A stretch of 64,000 nt of DNA from Macrostomum lignano (Eukaryota), in contig NIVC01000845.1 in NCBI GenBank assembly GCA_002269645.1, forward strand, positions 186,001 to 250,000. Direction: 5' to 3'. Below the pieces are notes generated by a model, which saw only the letters and a list, made by a program, of their open reading frames with translations, was not told where the DNA came from and did no database searches. Shown here piece after piece: positions 24,591-37,758 of the stretch. Made by a program: the position numbers and the translations under genes. Position 1 is the first letter of the stretch; every line of letters starts with the position of its first letter.

Positions 24591-25547
24591 GAGTTTACCA
24601 ATATTTTTATTCAAAAAAAACAATTAACGCTAAAATTATCAAATACGATAATTTTCTATTTGTTCTTCATCAAGTTAATGATCAATCTCCTAATCTAGGG
24701 TGGAGGCACCTGAGATGATCTCCATGGACTCAACCGAGCCTTGAGAAGAGGTGAAGTCCGATCCGATTCAATCCAGTGAAGAGCCATGATTCGATGCCTA
24801 TGATATTGTTGTACATATTTTTTGTTATTAACTAAGACTTATTTTATTGCAATCAGTCTGTCAGTTGGATTAGCACAGGTAACACGCGGCCATGTTGAAA
24901 TAGGCGCTGGTATCTGTACAAACTGCCAATCATTCTTCATATTTCTTATTTAATTAATATCCCCAATCAAATACGCTATTTGTACACATCTACCAGGTCG
25001 TTTTCTGTGATTCTCAGGTACAACTGTTCCACTAACCAACTTGACTGACTGTTGCTACGAGTACTAAATATAGTGTACTTTTTACTGTTACTAATATTTA
25101 AATACGCAAAAATCCAAATATTGATTTGAAAATCTTTTGATTTTGTTATTAATTATATAAAAAAATACAAGTTCAAACAATTCTTGTCCACAAATTTTGA
25201 CGGACAATTCAACCTTTTAATTGAATGGTCTTTTTAGTCAATTGTTTTGAGATATTTTATTGATACACGCGAAACAGGCTACTTACATTGGTTAGTCAGT
25301 AGAATAGTTGGAAAATGCGACGTAAATATTATTAACAATGTATTTAAATTGAATAAGTGAAATTATTTACATTTGAGTTTTGAACTGCAAGAGATATATA
25401 GTGAAGGTCATTTTAGTTTTTGTAAAACTAAGGGAAATGCCGCAAAATAATTACTTGATGCACCAAAGTGTTGGACGGAGTGCGGTATGGCACATGTGCG
25501 TGTAAATTGCATCAATTTATAGCATCCAGCCACCACAGACCGTTAAA

Positions 25548-27302
25548 CTGGCATGGGATAGCGGCCCACCAAGGACCATAGAGAGAGTGGCATGGGATAG
25601 CGGCCCACCAAGGACCATAAAGAGAGTAGCATGGGATAGCGGCCCACCAAAGGACCATAGAGAGAGTGGCATGGGATAGCGGCCCACCAAAGGACCATAG
25701 AGAGTGGCATGGGATAGCGGCCCACCAAGGACCATAAAGAGAGTAGCATGGGATAGCGGCCCACCAAAGGACCATAGAGAGTGGCATGGGATAGCGGCCC
25801 ACCAAAGGACCATAGAGAGTGGCATGGGATAGCGGCCCACCAAGGACCATAGAGAGAGTGGCATGGGATAGCGGCCCACCAAGGACCATAGAGAGTGGCA
25901 TGGGATATCGGCCCACCAAGGACCATAGAGAGTAGCATGGGATAGCGGCCCACCAAAGGACCATAGAGAGTATGGCATATGATAGCGGCCCACCAAAGGA
26001 CCATAGAGAGTATGGCATATGATAGCGGCCCACCAAAGGACCATAGAGAGTGGCATATGATAGCGGCCCACCAAAGGACCATAGAGAGTGGCATGGGATA
26101 GCGGCCCACCAAAGGACCATAGAGAGTGGCATGGGATAGCGGCCCACCAAGGACCATAGAGAGTGGCATGGGATATCGGCCCACCAAGGACCATAGAGAG
26201 TAGCATGGGATAGCGGCCCACCAAAGGACCATAAAGAGAGTGGCATGGGATAGCGGCCCACCAAAGGACCATAGAGAGAGTGGCATGGGATAGCGGCCCA
26301 CCAAAGGACCATAGAGTAGCATGGGATAGCGGCCCACCAAAGGACCATAGAGAGAGTGGCATGGGATAGCGGCCCACCAAAGGACCATAGAGTAGCATGG
26401 GATAGCGGCCCACCAAAGGACCATAGAGAGAGAGATAGTGGCATGGGATAGCGGCCCACCAAAGGACCATAGAGAGTAGCATGGGATAGCGGCCCACCAA
26501 AGGACCATAAAGAGAGTAGCATGGGATAGCGGCCCACCAAAGGACCATAAAGAGAGTGGCATGGGATAGCGGCCCACCAAAGGACCATAAAGAGAGTAGC
26601 ATGGGATAGCGGCCCACCAAAGGACCATAAAGAGAGTAGCATGGGATAGCGGCCCACCAAAGGACCATAAAGAGAGTGGCATGGGATAGCGGCCCACCAA
26701 AGGACCATAAAGAGAGTAGCATGGGATAGCGGCCCACCAAAGGACCATAGAGAGTGGCATGGGATAGCGGCCCACCAAAGGACCATAGAGAGTATGGCAT
26801 ATGATAGCGGCCCACCAAAGGACCATAGAGAGTATGGCATATGATAGCGGCCCACCAAAGGACCATAGAGAGTATGGCATATGATAGCGGCCCACCAAAG
26901 GATCATGAGAGTATGGCATATGATAGCGGCCCACCAAAGGACCATAGAGAGTATGGCATATGATAGCGGCCCACCAAAGGACCATAGAGAGTATGGCATA
27001 TGATAGCGGCCCACCAAAGGACCATAGAGAGTGGCATATGATAGCGGCCCACCAAAGGACCATAGAGAGTATGGCATATGATAGCGGCCCACCAAAGGAC
27101 CATAGAGAGTATGGCATATGATAGCGGCCCACCAAAGGACCATAGAGAGTATGGCATATGATAGCGGCCCACCAAAGGACCATAGAGAGTATGGCATATG
27201 ATAGCGGCCCACCAAAGGACCATGAGAGCACTGCATGGGATAGCGGCCCACCAAAGGACCATAGAGAGAGAGATAGTGGCATGGGATAGCGGCCCACCAA
27301 AG
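25548..27302. repeat. About 37-bp minisatellite (GCATGGGATAGCGGCCCACCAAAGGACCATAGAGAGT)
   Basis: About 46 copies; source of the overlapping minus-strand ORFs. Confidence 0.97.
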
Positions 27303-27438
27303 CACCAGGTACCCAGTAATGGACAAAGACATGCTTAAATTACTCTAATCTAAAAATAATTGGTATGGCTCGCAGTATCCTACAAGTCCTACTGCAAGTA
27401 GAGCATTAAAAGCATTGTAGTACTACAGAAATTTAAAT

Positions 27439-28510
27439 TTATTTTCCAGCAGCAGATTCCGGCGCATGTGAAGCCAGGCCCAGCCGTGCTTCAATCCTAC
27501 GCAGCCTGTCAGTAACCGAGGACTCCAGGTAGCCCACAGACTCTGCCAGACACATGAGCTCAGCGGTCAGGGCGTCAACAAGACGGCGGTTGCTTTCTGC
27601 CTCCTCTGAGGCAGTGCGACGGGATGAGGCCAACTCAGCTGACAGGCGGCGATGGTCCGACTCCACCTGAGTGAGGATAGTATCAGATGGGGATAATTGT
27701 GAAATCCGATGAGGGTAGAGCAATCCGATGGTGATAATTGAGAAATCAGATGGGATAAATGAGAAATTTCATGGGAGAATTAAGAAATCTCATGGGATAA
27801 TAAAAAAATCTCAAGGTATGATTGAGAAATCCCATGGGATAATTGAGAAATCTCATGGGATAATTGAGAAATCTCATGGGAGAATTAAGAAATCAGTTGC
27901 TCACAGATTTCAAGCGCCGCAGCAGTTCCGCCTGCGACACAGATGACTCATCATCATCTCTGCATAAGTTGTTATGATTATTAGTTTGCACTGAGGCGTC
28001 ACAGGTGCGAGTTCGAGCCGCATATGAAGTGGGATTCGATGCAGGCTGCCTGGGATTGGCGGTGACCTCAGCCCGAGCAGGCAGCATCATCACTGGCTGC
28101 TGCTTCCCCTCAGTGGTTGGCTGTCTCAGGTTTTTGCCAATCCCATCGCCGAAAACTGATCCACAGGTAGCCAGCGCTGTCTCGGTTCGTTCTAGCAGCT
28201 CGGCAAGCTGGGCGCTGTCGTTGACAGCAGCGCAGACAGGTGACAGCTCAGTCTCGTCGAATTTCTGCCTGTCGGTTTCTGCTGAGCGATGCTGTCGCTT
28301 CTTCTTCTGCTGTTGCTGCAACTGCGGAGCTTTGATCCGAACTGCGCCGAAATTTCTAGGCGCAGCTCGTTCGTGTCGGTCGCGCAGTTCAGCCTGGGTG
28401 GCTCGATGAGCGTCCAGATCTGTGACTGTCCAGTCCCAGGGCTTGGCTGCCGCGGCTGGGGCCTTGGCTGCTACTGACTGCGGCTTGACTGGCTGAAGTG
28501 TCAGTTTCAT
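27439..28510 (-). CDS. spice1: Spindle and centriole-associated protein 1-like, 2 exons, about 277 aa
   Basis: Exons 28510-27905 and 27666-27439, phase-0 GT-AG intron. WDWTVTDLDAHRATQAELRDRHE resembles the SPICE1 N-terminus as I recall it (EWDNTVTDLTVHRAT..L.RRHE), followed by a matching helix (AVNDSAQLAELLERTETALATCGSVF) and a C-terminal coiled coil. Confidence 0.72.
27735..27890. repeat. 21-bp minisatellite in SPICE1-like intron (GAGAAATCTCATGGGATAATT)
   Basis: About 7 copies. Confidence 0.88.
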
Positions 28511-28933
28511 GCTCTTCACTTATACACACACTCACATAGGGTGTATAGCCGTCCTGGCTTTCTAATTGCCAGGCATGTGCACTCTCTATGTCTTGGAGGT
28601 TTGCCTTCTAGAATATAAATTGCAAATAAACCTATAAAACCCAAATTAATAAGTATGTATAGATATGAACTAGACTCTAGAGGTTACAATGCAAGAGTTA
28701 GACATTTGCTAGTAATAATCAGTCTAATTTCTATTATACCACTTATTAGGTTTAATAGATATACAAAGCAGACATAAATAAAAGGATTTTTTTATTATTT
28801 TGCTTCATTATAGCCAATGCATGTTTTTTATAGATAACAATCTAGTGCAATTTAAAATTGGTTAGGGCCTAAAACATTGGCATATCAACATTAAAGTATC
28901 TTTATTTATTTTTATACAAAAAACATTTTTGTA

Positions 28934-30232
28934 CGAGGGGAAGTCAAAAAGTAATGATAATTTTGTTGTCACGAGTGTCAAACTTCAAATGGAAATCTAA
29001 TTTTCTACATAGTCCCCCTCCAGGGTCAGACGCTTCTCCATGCGGTGTCGCCATCTCTCCAGGCCGTTCACATAGAACTCAGGAGGCTGTGCAACAAGCC
29101 ACTGTACAGTAGCCTTTTTGGCAGCCTCTTTGTCCTCATTTTGGTCTCCTTTTGATTGCTTCCTTCAGCTTGGGAAGCAAAAAAAGTCCGATGGAGCCAA
29201 ACCAGGGCTATATGGAGGATGCTGGAGGATTTCCCAGCGGAAATCTTGCAGGGCTTCATGGCAGAGCCGAGAAGTGTGGGCTGGTGCATTGTCGTGGTGA
29301 AAGAGAATCCCAAGGTGCAGCTTGCCAGGTTGCTTTTTGGCCAGTTCGGTGCAGAGCTTTCGCAGAAGCGACGCATAATAGGTGGCATTGATGGTCTTCT
29401 GGCTTTCCAAGAAGTCCACCATCACCACTCCCTCAACATCCCAGAGAATCGTCGCCAAGACCTTCGCTGCAGACAGTTCCGCATGGAACTTCTTGGGGCC
29501 TGCTGAACCTCGTGGCAGCCACTCCTTGGATTGGAACTTGGACTCGGGATTGTACTGAAATATCCATGTTTCATCCTCGTCACTAAGCGCTGGTAGCTGT
29601 TTTCTGAACCAGCGTCCAAGCGGTTCAGCAGGTTGATGGCACACTCAGTGTGCTGAACCCAGTGTTCAGGCCGCAACAGCCTCGGGACCCAGCGGGCACT
29701 CAGCTTGCTCAGACCAAGACAGTCCGTCACAATGGAGTGAGCACTGCCATGAGCAATGCCCACTTTGTCAGCAATATTGTCTATGGTCACGCGCCGATCC
29801 AGCTCAATCACTGGCTGCACAGCTGCCACACTTTCCCCTGTGCGCGATGTTGTGGGCCTTCCCGACCGCTGGGCGTCTTCCATGGACTCTCGGCCTTCCT
29901 TAAAAGCCTGAATCCAGCAATAAATGGTTGGATCTGGTGGAGCAGTGTCCCCATAGACCTTCTTCAAAGCGTCAATGATTTCGGCTGGCTTCCAACCAAG
30001 CTATACAATAAACGTCACGTTAGTATGAGCTTCGATTTTTGAATTTTCCATTGCTGAAAGGGTATACTGTGATTAGAGTGTCACCATGCAAGCATCAATA
30101 ACTTTAGAAGAACCAAAACTCTGTCAAATAAAGATTAAAAGATGTTTTTTCAAATGAAACCAGTTGCAGTTCAATAACTCTGATATTTTAGGCGTGAGAG
30201 CAAAATTATCATTACTTTTTGACTTCCCCTCG
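28934..30232 (-). mobile_element. Tc1/mariner DNA transposon (mariner, D,D34D type), full length 1299 bp
   Basis: Perfect 32-bp TIRs CGAGGGGAAGTCAAAAAGTAATGATAATTTTG at 28934-28965 and 30201-30232, TA target duplications at 28932-28933 and 30233-30234, internal transposase. Confidence 0.97.
28997..30051 (-). pseudogene. Disrupted mariner transposase
   Basis: ATG at 30051 (MENSKIEAH..). Motifs SGRP, WVPRLL, DETW, HDNAPAH, HPPYSPGLAPSDFF and C-terminus ..LEGDYVEN*. Lesions: TAG at 30001-30003, a frameshift near 29580, TGA at 29165-29167. Confidence 0.93.
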
Positions 30233-30373
30233 TATTTTTAATAACAATATATTTAATATTATGATAGCTTTTAATACGCTTTTAAAAAGCCAAATTAATT
30301 ACTAAAAATAGCTTGCTAATTATTATTTCTATAAGTGAAAAAAAGATAAAAACAATTGAAATTTATATATCAA

Positions 30374-30672
30374 CAATGGTGTAGCCAGGAATTTCAATTG
30401 GGGGGGGGGCAGATTGGCCTAGCTAGCCATGCCTTATGCAATTGCCACTTTTGGCACTACAGGCACTCATTTTGATGCCATAGGCACTCATTTTAATGCT
30501 GCAGGCAACTTATTTTGGTGCCATAGGCACTCATTTTGGTGCCACAGGCACTCATTTTGGCACTGCAGGCACTTAATTGCCTCTTGGTTTTTGGTATCCA
30601 CTGTACCCAACCCCACCCCCCGGCAATTAGAGGGGGAGGCCGTGGCCCCCCAGCCCCCTGGCTATGCCATTG
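30374..30672. mobile_element. MITE-like non-autonomous element, about 300 bp
   Basis: 16-bp imperfect TIRs (CAATGGTGTAGCCAGG / revcomp CAATGGCATAGCCAGG) with inner G/C tracts and internal ~21-bp repeats. GC-rich island in AT-rich DNA; TA is present on the right flank only. Confidence 0.6.
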
Positions 30673-32559
30673 TATATCCAATGAAATATATTTTTTTCTA
30701 TGAAATAAAAGTATTCCTAGGCTTGTTATACAACAAATGGCAAAGTAATTAAAAGTAAGCTTTTGAAAATTTCCATTTTTTAAATATATATATATATGAA
30801 TTTTGTTATAAAATGAGTAATGGCTAGGCCTATTAGGACAATATTTAAAAAATGTATATACAAGAAATAATTGTTTTGATGTTTTGTATATTTTGTTATG
30901 AAATAAATAAGAAACAAAAAAACAACAGTCACAACACAATTATAATTTATATATTATAAATATATTGTATATTGCATATAGACTATGTTTAAAACTTGCT
31001 TAAGAAATGACCTTTTTATTAAAAAATCTAATTTCTATTTCTAATCTAAATTAGATTTTGCTTATTAAACAGAATTTATATTATTTGAATATTTGAAATG
31101 TCATTTAGGCCTATATTATCTTATTTCTTTAATTTCAATTTCAGATTAATCAAGCTTTAGGGTAGCCTATACAGGCCTATTATACTGGTTTTTTGATATT
31201 TTAATTCACTGGCATTACTATTAAGACCATAAATAAGTCATAGGCCTAGGCCTTTTAGCCAAACAGGTGAAACAGTATTATTTTATCTAATAGAGAGATT
31301 TCATTTTTAGACGATTTTGCTTAGTTTTTATGAAAACAAGACATGGCAAACAGGTCTACTAAATAAATAATTTAGCCTTTAATGTCAAGACAATAGCAAT
31401 AGCTAGGCCTGGTGACTTCCAAAGAAAAAGTACAAAAAGACAAATTTATATATTTTCCAGAGCCCATGAAATTAAGTTCTTAATAAAATAAAACCCTAGA
31501 CCTGCTAGAAACAACTCTTAAACTGCTTCACATTTCCATTTTATAAGTTACAGTTTTATGCTATATTATAATTTGCATACAATACAATATGCATGCAAAA
31601 TTCGCGGATAACTATATTGTAACGGTTTGACAATTCTGTAATTCAAATCTAGTTTACTTATTTAAAATTTAGTCAAGATACTATTCCTCAGCTGTTATAA
31701 TTATGTGCGTAATTTATTCTAGGCTTTTAATAATCGATTTTTTTGTTTAATTGGATTCCTTTCACAAGAAATTCGACTCCTACTTAACATGTAAGTTAAC
31801 ATGTAAATAAATTACAGACATTAGTCTTAATTTCTGTAAGACAAGAGTATGGCAGCCGAGCCTTGGACGACGAGCCTTTCAAATGTCAATCAAATTAAAA
31901 AGTGAAACCGCAGCACGTTGTGATAAATAATCAGAGCAGATCAGTTTACGCATTTCATAGTAAGACAGAACGATTTCTTATATAAATCGTCCAGGCCTGA
32001 CAGGCGTAGCTGCTCAACATATGCTACTAATAGTAGCACACCTAGTCTCCTTCGCCTTCGCTAAGTGAATCTAAAGCTTACCGGACTCGCTACACTATTT
32101 AAATTTCAACCAACCACTCAGTGCAAAAATTAAATATTATGTGTTCTTCGAGAAAATTATAATGCCAAAAATGACACCTACACATGTTTTTAGGCCTCTG
32201 CTGCCAAAAAATAAATGTATTTTCATAATAGAGTAAAGATGAGATCATTGGCGTGTAGTATGTGTATATGTGTTTTATATTTAGATCAAATCGTTTCACA
32301 GACCGCAATAGGTACTATCGAGTGTACTGTGCGGAGGCCATAATTTCATTCGAAAGTGAACAATTATCGTGGACATAAAATTTATAAACTAATGTACATA
32401 GTTTATAGTATACGTGCATATGTCCTTATTGTTCAATTATCAAATCTTACTAAGTCTGCAATAAGCAGCAACAAATAAATTCATAAACTACAAAGTACAG
32501 TATGTGCTGTTCTGGTTTCTTCTCTCAGCTATAATAACATGCTTTAGCAACTTTGATCT

Positions 32560-33862
32560 CTCTCACACAGCTGAGCAGTTAGACTCTCACACAGCTGAGC
32601 AGTTAGACTCTCTCACAGCTTTGCAGTTAGACTCTCACAGCTGAGCAGTTAGACTCTCACACAGCTGAGCAGTTAGACTCTCTCACAGCTGAGCAGTTAG
32701 ACTCTCACACAGCTGAGCAGTTAGACTCTCACACAGCTGAGCAGTTAGACTCTCTCACAGCTTTGCAGTTAGACTCTCACACAGCTGAGCAGTTAGACTC
32801 TCACACAGCTGAGCAGTTAGACTCTCACACAGCTGAGCAGTTAGACTCTCACACAGCTGAGCAGTTAGACTCTCACGCAGCTGAGCAGTTAGACTCTCAC
32901 ACAGCTGAGCAGTTAGACTCTCACACAGCTGAGCAGTTAGACTCTCACACAGCTGAGCAGTTAGACTCTCACACAGCTGAGCAGTTAGACTCTCACACAG
33001 CTGAGCAGTTAGACTCTCACGCAGCTGAGCAGTTAGACTCTCACACAGCTGAGCAGTTAGACTCTCACACAGCTGAGCAGTTAGACTCTCACACAGCTGA
33101 GCAGTTAGACTCTCACACAGCTGAGCAGTTAGACTCTCACGCAGCTGAGCAGTTAGACTCTCACACAGCTGAGCAGTTAGACTCTCACACAGCTGAGCAG
33201 TTAGACTCTCACACAGCTGAGCAGTTAGACTCTCACACAGCTGAGCAGTTAGACTCTCACACAGCTGAGCAGTTAGACTCTCACACAGCTGAGCAGTTAG
33301 ACTCTCACACAGCTGAGCAGTTAGACTCTCACACAGCTGAGCAGTTAGACTCTCACACAGCTGAGCAGTTAGACTCTCACACAGCTGAGCAGTTAGACTC
33401 TCACACAGCTGAGCAGTTAGACTCTCACACAGCTGAGCAGTTAGACTCTCTCACAGCTGAGCAGTTAGACTCTCACAGCTGAGCAGTTAGACTCACAGCT
33501 GAGCAGTTAGACTCACAGCTGAGCAGTTAGACTCACAGCTGAGCAGTTAGACTCTCACACAGCTGAGCAGTTAGACTCTCACACAGTTGAGCAGTTAGAC
33601 TCTCACACAGCTGAGCAGTTAGACTCTCACACAGCTGAGCAGTTAGACTCTCACACAGTTGAGCAGTTAGACTCTCACACAGCTGAGCAGTTAGACTCTC
33701 ACACAGTTGAGCAGTTAGACTCTCACACAGCTGAGCAGTTAGACTCTCACACAGCTGAGCAGTTAGACTCTCACACAGTTGAGCAGTTAGACTCTCACAC
33801 AGCTGAGCAGTTAGACTCTCACACAGCTGAGCAGTTAGACTCTCACACAGTTGAGCAGTTAG
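32560..33862. repeat. 24-bp minisatellite (CACACAGCTGAGCAGTTAGACTCT)
   Basis: About 55 highly homogeneous copies. Confidence 0.97.
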
Positions 33863-35524
33863 GGTTCTTTTATTTATTTATTTAGAAGCCGATATAAAGT
33901 CTCTATCAATCAACTAGTTGCGGGCAACTATATGAATTTACGGTAATTTTACCAGCAGTATCTGTAAGTATTCTTTCATATGATTGACAATTGTGCTTTG
34001 AAAGGCAGAGCAGAAAAATGGTATCATATTTTACATGTAGACTCATTCAAATGAAGATTTTGTTCAGTACGTTGTGAATACGCCCGCCCCCTGTCGCTGC
34101 CATGCCGTAAAAAACTGCATGCAGCAGCACCTGCAGTGGTCTCTGTGCCCCCTCCCCCTGAGCCCCTGCACTTGAATAGCAGCTGTACTGGAATTTCCAA
34201 GCTATATGTTTTAAACTCAAAACAAATTCTGAATTCGCATAATAAAAGAGGTTAGTGGGGGTTAGGGGTGGGCTTCGGTATGCGACTAAGCGTGCTGCAT
34301 GGGGCCACTGCATGGGGTGTTGGAGGGGCGGTTCGTAGCTTAGCAACTATCGATTAGCCTAAAGCTCCAATTGAGTGAGATAGTTAGTTGATAGCAGCGT
34401 GAGAAAGAGGGGGCACAGGGCGCATTTTTCTGCTTTGAAAAACTGGATCTTCTAATTTTGGAAAGCTAATCATCACGCGGAGCTATGTACAGTACAATAG
34501 TAGTTACAGTCTGCCGGGGTGAGGGGTTGGCTAATTCTACTGCGGGCAGCTGCAGGTCTGTGTTCAAGGATTTCTAGCTCAGACTATTAGAGAGGCAGAG
34601 AGAATTTCGGTCTGGGACGGACGGCCGTCTCAGCGATCGCGCGCCCTGGCGTGCACACGGCACAGAGGAGAGAAGGGGCTATATGTGGCTGAGCTAAGCC
34701 TGCCGCTATCTCCCCCCGGAGGGGGGCAGGGCTTGCTAGTCTTAATACAACATTTCTGCGCGTATATAGGCGGTGGGGGGGGGGGTATTTTTTCAATGCG
34801 GCAGCAGCAGCTGCGCCTGTAGTGGTATGCCTGTGCGCACATTCTAGATACTCTAGCCTGCAGTCTGCACCCCCCTCCCCTTGCAGTGGTCTGTGGGCGT
34901 TGTTAACAATATGCAGTCCGCGCTTTACACACTATAAAACAGCCCCAAACCGCTCTAACGACGGCGTCTGTCTCTCTAGCTCTTTCTATCAACATAAAGA
35001 TTTCTGCCTTTCTGGCTACTCATAACGATACTTGATGGCTTGAAGGTGAGATTTCGAATAATTATATAGCTTTGAACTAGTTAGTAAATACCCATCGGTC
35101 TACAAAGATTGCAATTGCTTCGTACCAGGTACTGCGTTTGTACTGTTTGAAAAGCTGATCATTAGCACTTTTTTTTGGCAAAATCAGCCTTGCTAAAGCA
35201 GTCTAACTATATAAATGCATGATCTGGTATGCAAGACGCGATCTGTATTCAACCACTTCCTTCCAAAAGTACATGTCATTTTTCTTTTTGAAACCGCAAC
35301 TTGTTATTACACTATGCTATACCATATCCATATACGGAAGTGTGACAAAATTCAAATTTTACTAATAAATATACTGATAATTTGCCCAGGCAGCACATTC
35401 AGTTTGGCATAAGTTTACTTACACAAGATTTGAAGTGTTTTTGGTGCAGACTCTTTTCTTCCTAAAATATGATTTCACACTACAGCTATTTCAGCCACTG
35501 GCTTCGCCCCCATTCTCATCGCCC

Positions 35525-35900
35525 CCTCTCTATGCCCTCCCTCTCTATGCTCTCCCTCTCTATGCCCTCCCTCTCTATGCTCTCCCTCTCTATGCCCTCC
35601 ATCTCTATGCTCTCCCTCTCTATGCTCTCCCTCTCTATGCCCTCCATCTCTATGCCCTCCCTCTTTATGCTCTCCCTCTCTATGCCCTCCATCTCTATGC
35701 TCTCCCTCTCTATGCTCTCCCTCTCTATGCCCTCTCTCTCTATGCTCTCTCTCTCTATGCCCTACCTCTCTATGCCCTCCCTCTCTATGCCCTCCCTCTC
35801 TATGCCCTCCCTCTCTATGCCCTCCCTCTCTATGCCCTCCCTCTCTATGCTCTCCCTCTCTATGCCCTCCCTCTCTATGCCCTCCCTCTCTATGCCTCTC
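35525..35900. repeat. 15-bp minisatellite (CTCTCTATGCCCTCC)
   Basis: About 25 copies. Confidence 0.95.
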
Positions 35901-36334
35901 TCCAACAGCCGTGTCTGACTCCCGGTGATCTATGTGACAAATGCAGACACAGTACACTCACACCCTCGATTGCAATCTTCATTCTCTTCTATTGCAAGCA
36001 GCCGCAGCTTCCATATTAGGCAATCTGAGGCGTATTAGTTAAATAGCATCCAACCGAAGCCAAGTTCTTTTAAAACTGAATTGCATTGCCGGAAATGGCG
36101 AATATTTACGCAAAAATGGCTGGCCGGAAATATACAAACAAATTTGCATATTTCATTTCTTTATCAATTCATTTCCATCTCTTAATTGTATAAGTGTATA
36201 GCTAGCAAGCACCACTAAGCCCTTGGTAACTAGCAGGCGCCATCATCAGTATGCAACATTCTTGCAGGCCACACACATTTCTATAAGAATTATTCTGCGT
36301 TAACTCAGCCAGTCTCCAGTCATTCATTCCAGTC

Positions 36335-36880
36335 TGTCTGTATGTCTGTCCCCAATATCCACTCCTGTCTGTCTCCATTATCTACTCCTGTCTGTCACCA
36401 TTATCCACTCCTGTCTGTCCCCATTATCCTTTCCTGTCTGTCCCCATTATCCACTCCTGTCTGTCCCCATTATCCCCTCCTGTCTGTCCCCATTATCCTC
36501 TCCTGTCTGTCCCCATTATCCACTCCTGTCTATCCCCATTATCCACTCTTCTCCGTCCCCATTATCCTTTCCTGTCTGTCCCCATTATCCACTCCTGTCT
36601 GTCCCCATTATCCACTCCTGTCTGTCCCCATTATCCACTCCTGTCTGTCCCCATTATCCACTCCTGTCTGTCTCCATTATCCACTCCTGTCTGTCTCCAT
36701 TATCCACTTCTGTCTGTCCCCAATATCCACTCTTCTCTGTCCCATTATCCAATCCTGTCTGTCCCCATTATCCACTCCTGTCTGTCCCCATTATCCACTC
36801 CTGTCTGTCCCCATTATCCACTCTTGTCTGTTTCCATTATCCACTCCTTTCTGTCCCCATTATCCATTCCTGTCTGTCTC
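36335..36880. repeat. 22-bp minisatellite (CTGTCTGTCCCCATTATCCACT)
   Basis: About 24 copies. Confidence 0.94.
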
Positions 36881-37758
36881 CTGACACGAAGATGGTGTCA
36901 GAAGCGCTAAGGATGAAGTCAGCAACACAGGCTATCTAGCATGTAGATATTTTTTATGCAAATTATTAATAAACAACCATAAGCTGAGACTAACTCTAAT
37001 ATAATTACATATTGAAAGCAATCAAAGCAGAGATTTCCCGACAGTCGCAAAAAGCACTTCGAACGGCACCGCTAGGGTGCAGAGGCCGGGTCGCCAATAA
37101 AGCAAAGTCCGGATATGAAAGTATTCCAACATCGAACTGTAAGGCTCAGGGTAGCTTAAAATTGTTTTCAAACTGCATTCTCAATGATCTGCGCACATGA
37201 AGTTAAAAATGGCGGAAGCAATGGCTTGAGAAGGTTCGCATCAGACAGGAACCGACAAAAATCGAGAGACTTCCCTTGTCGAAAAATGGGATAAATAAGA
37301 CCGGTCTCAGAGCTGAAACAGACTGCAGTTTACATCGAGCTCAATCAGCTTTAAGCTTCTGAAAGGACAACAATAACTTTTATTAAAGAGTCGAACTCAG
37401 CGTCGAGGTAAGCTGCTTTGTCTGTTGTCTCTGTCTTGGAATAATTTATTAGTTACTTAAGAATTATTTTAGTATATTAGACTAGCAATCTGCGTCCCCC
37501 GTTGGGGAGGCAACAGAGAAATGTATAAAATTTTTGAACTACTTACTGCATGTAGAAAGTAGATTGTGAACCTTAGGCAATGTGAAGTAGGATGCATTTT
37601 GGTTTTTGGCGTTGTGTCCCCAAGAGTCAAAGCATTTTTGCGATCCCCCCGAAATCCTTGACTTCTTACCTTGACTTCTCCAGCAATTCCCCAATGAATT
37701 TTTGCCCCCCGAAGCCTCGCGCTCATATTTTCCCGCAAAAAATTTTTCACCAAAGAAG

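Noticed and set aside
25512-27332. Three overlapping 450-600-aa minus-strand ORFs
   Set aside because: All three frames are open because the ~37-bp unit lacks stops on that strand; there is no unique coding sequence.
29118-30042. Plus-strand ORFs within the mariner
   Set aside because: Antisense shadows of the transposase.
32763-33482. (QLDSHTAE)n ORF
   Set aside because: 24-bp DNA repeat with a TTG start; the array extends beyond the ORF with 20-22-bp units that break frame.
36088-37215. YY1/ETS-like motifs (GCCGGAAATGGCG, AAAATGGC, AAAATGGCGG)
   Set aside because: Short motifs with no gene start I could link to them; insufficient to call a promoter.
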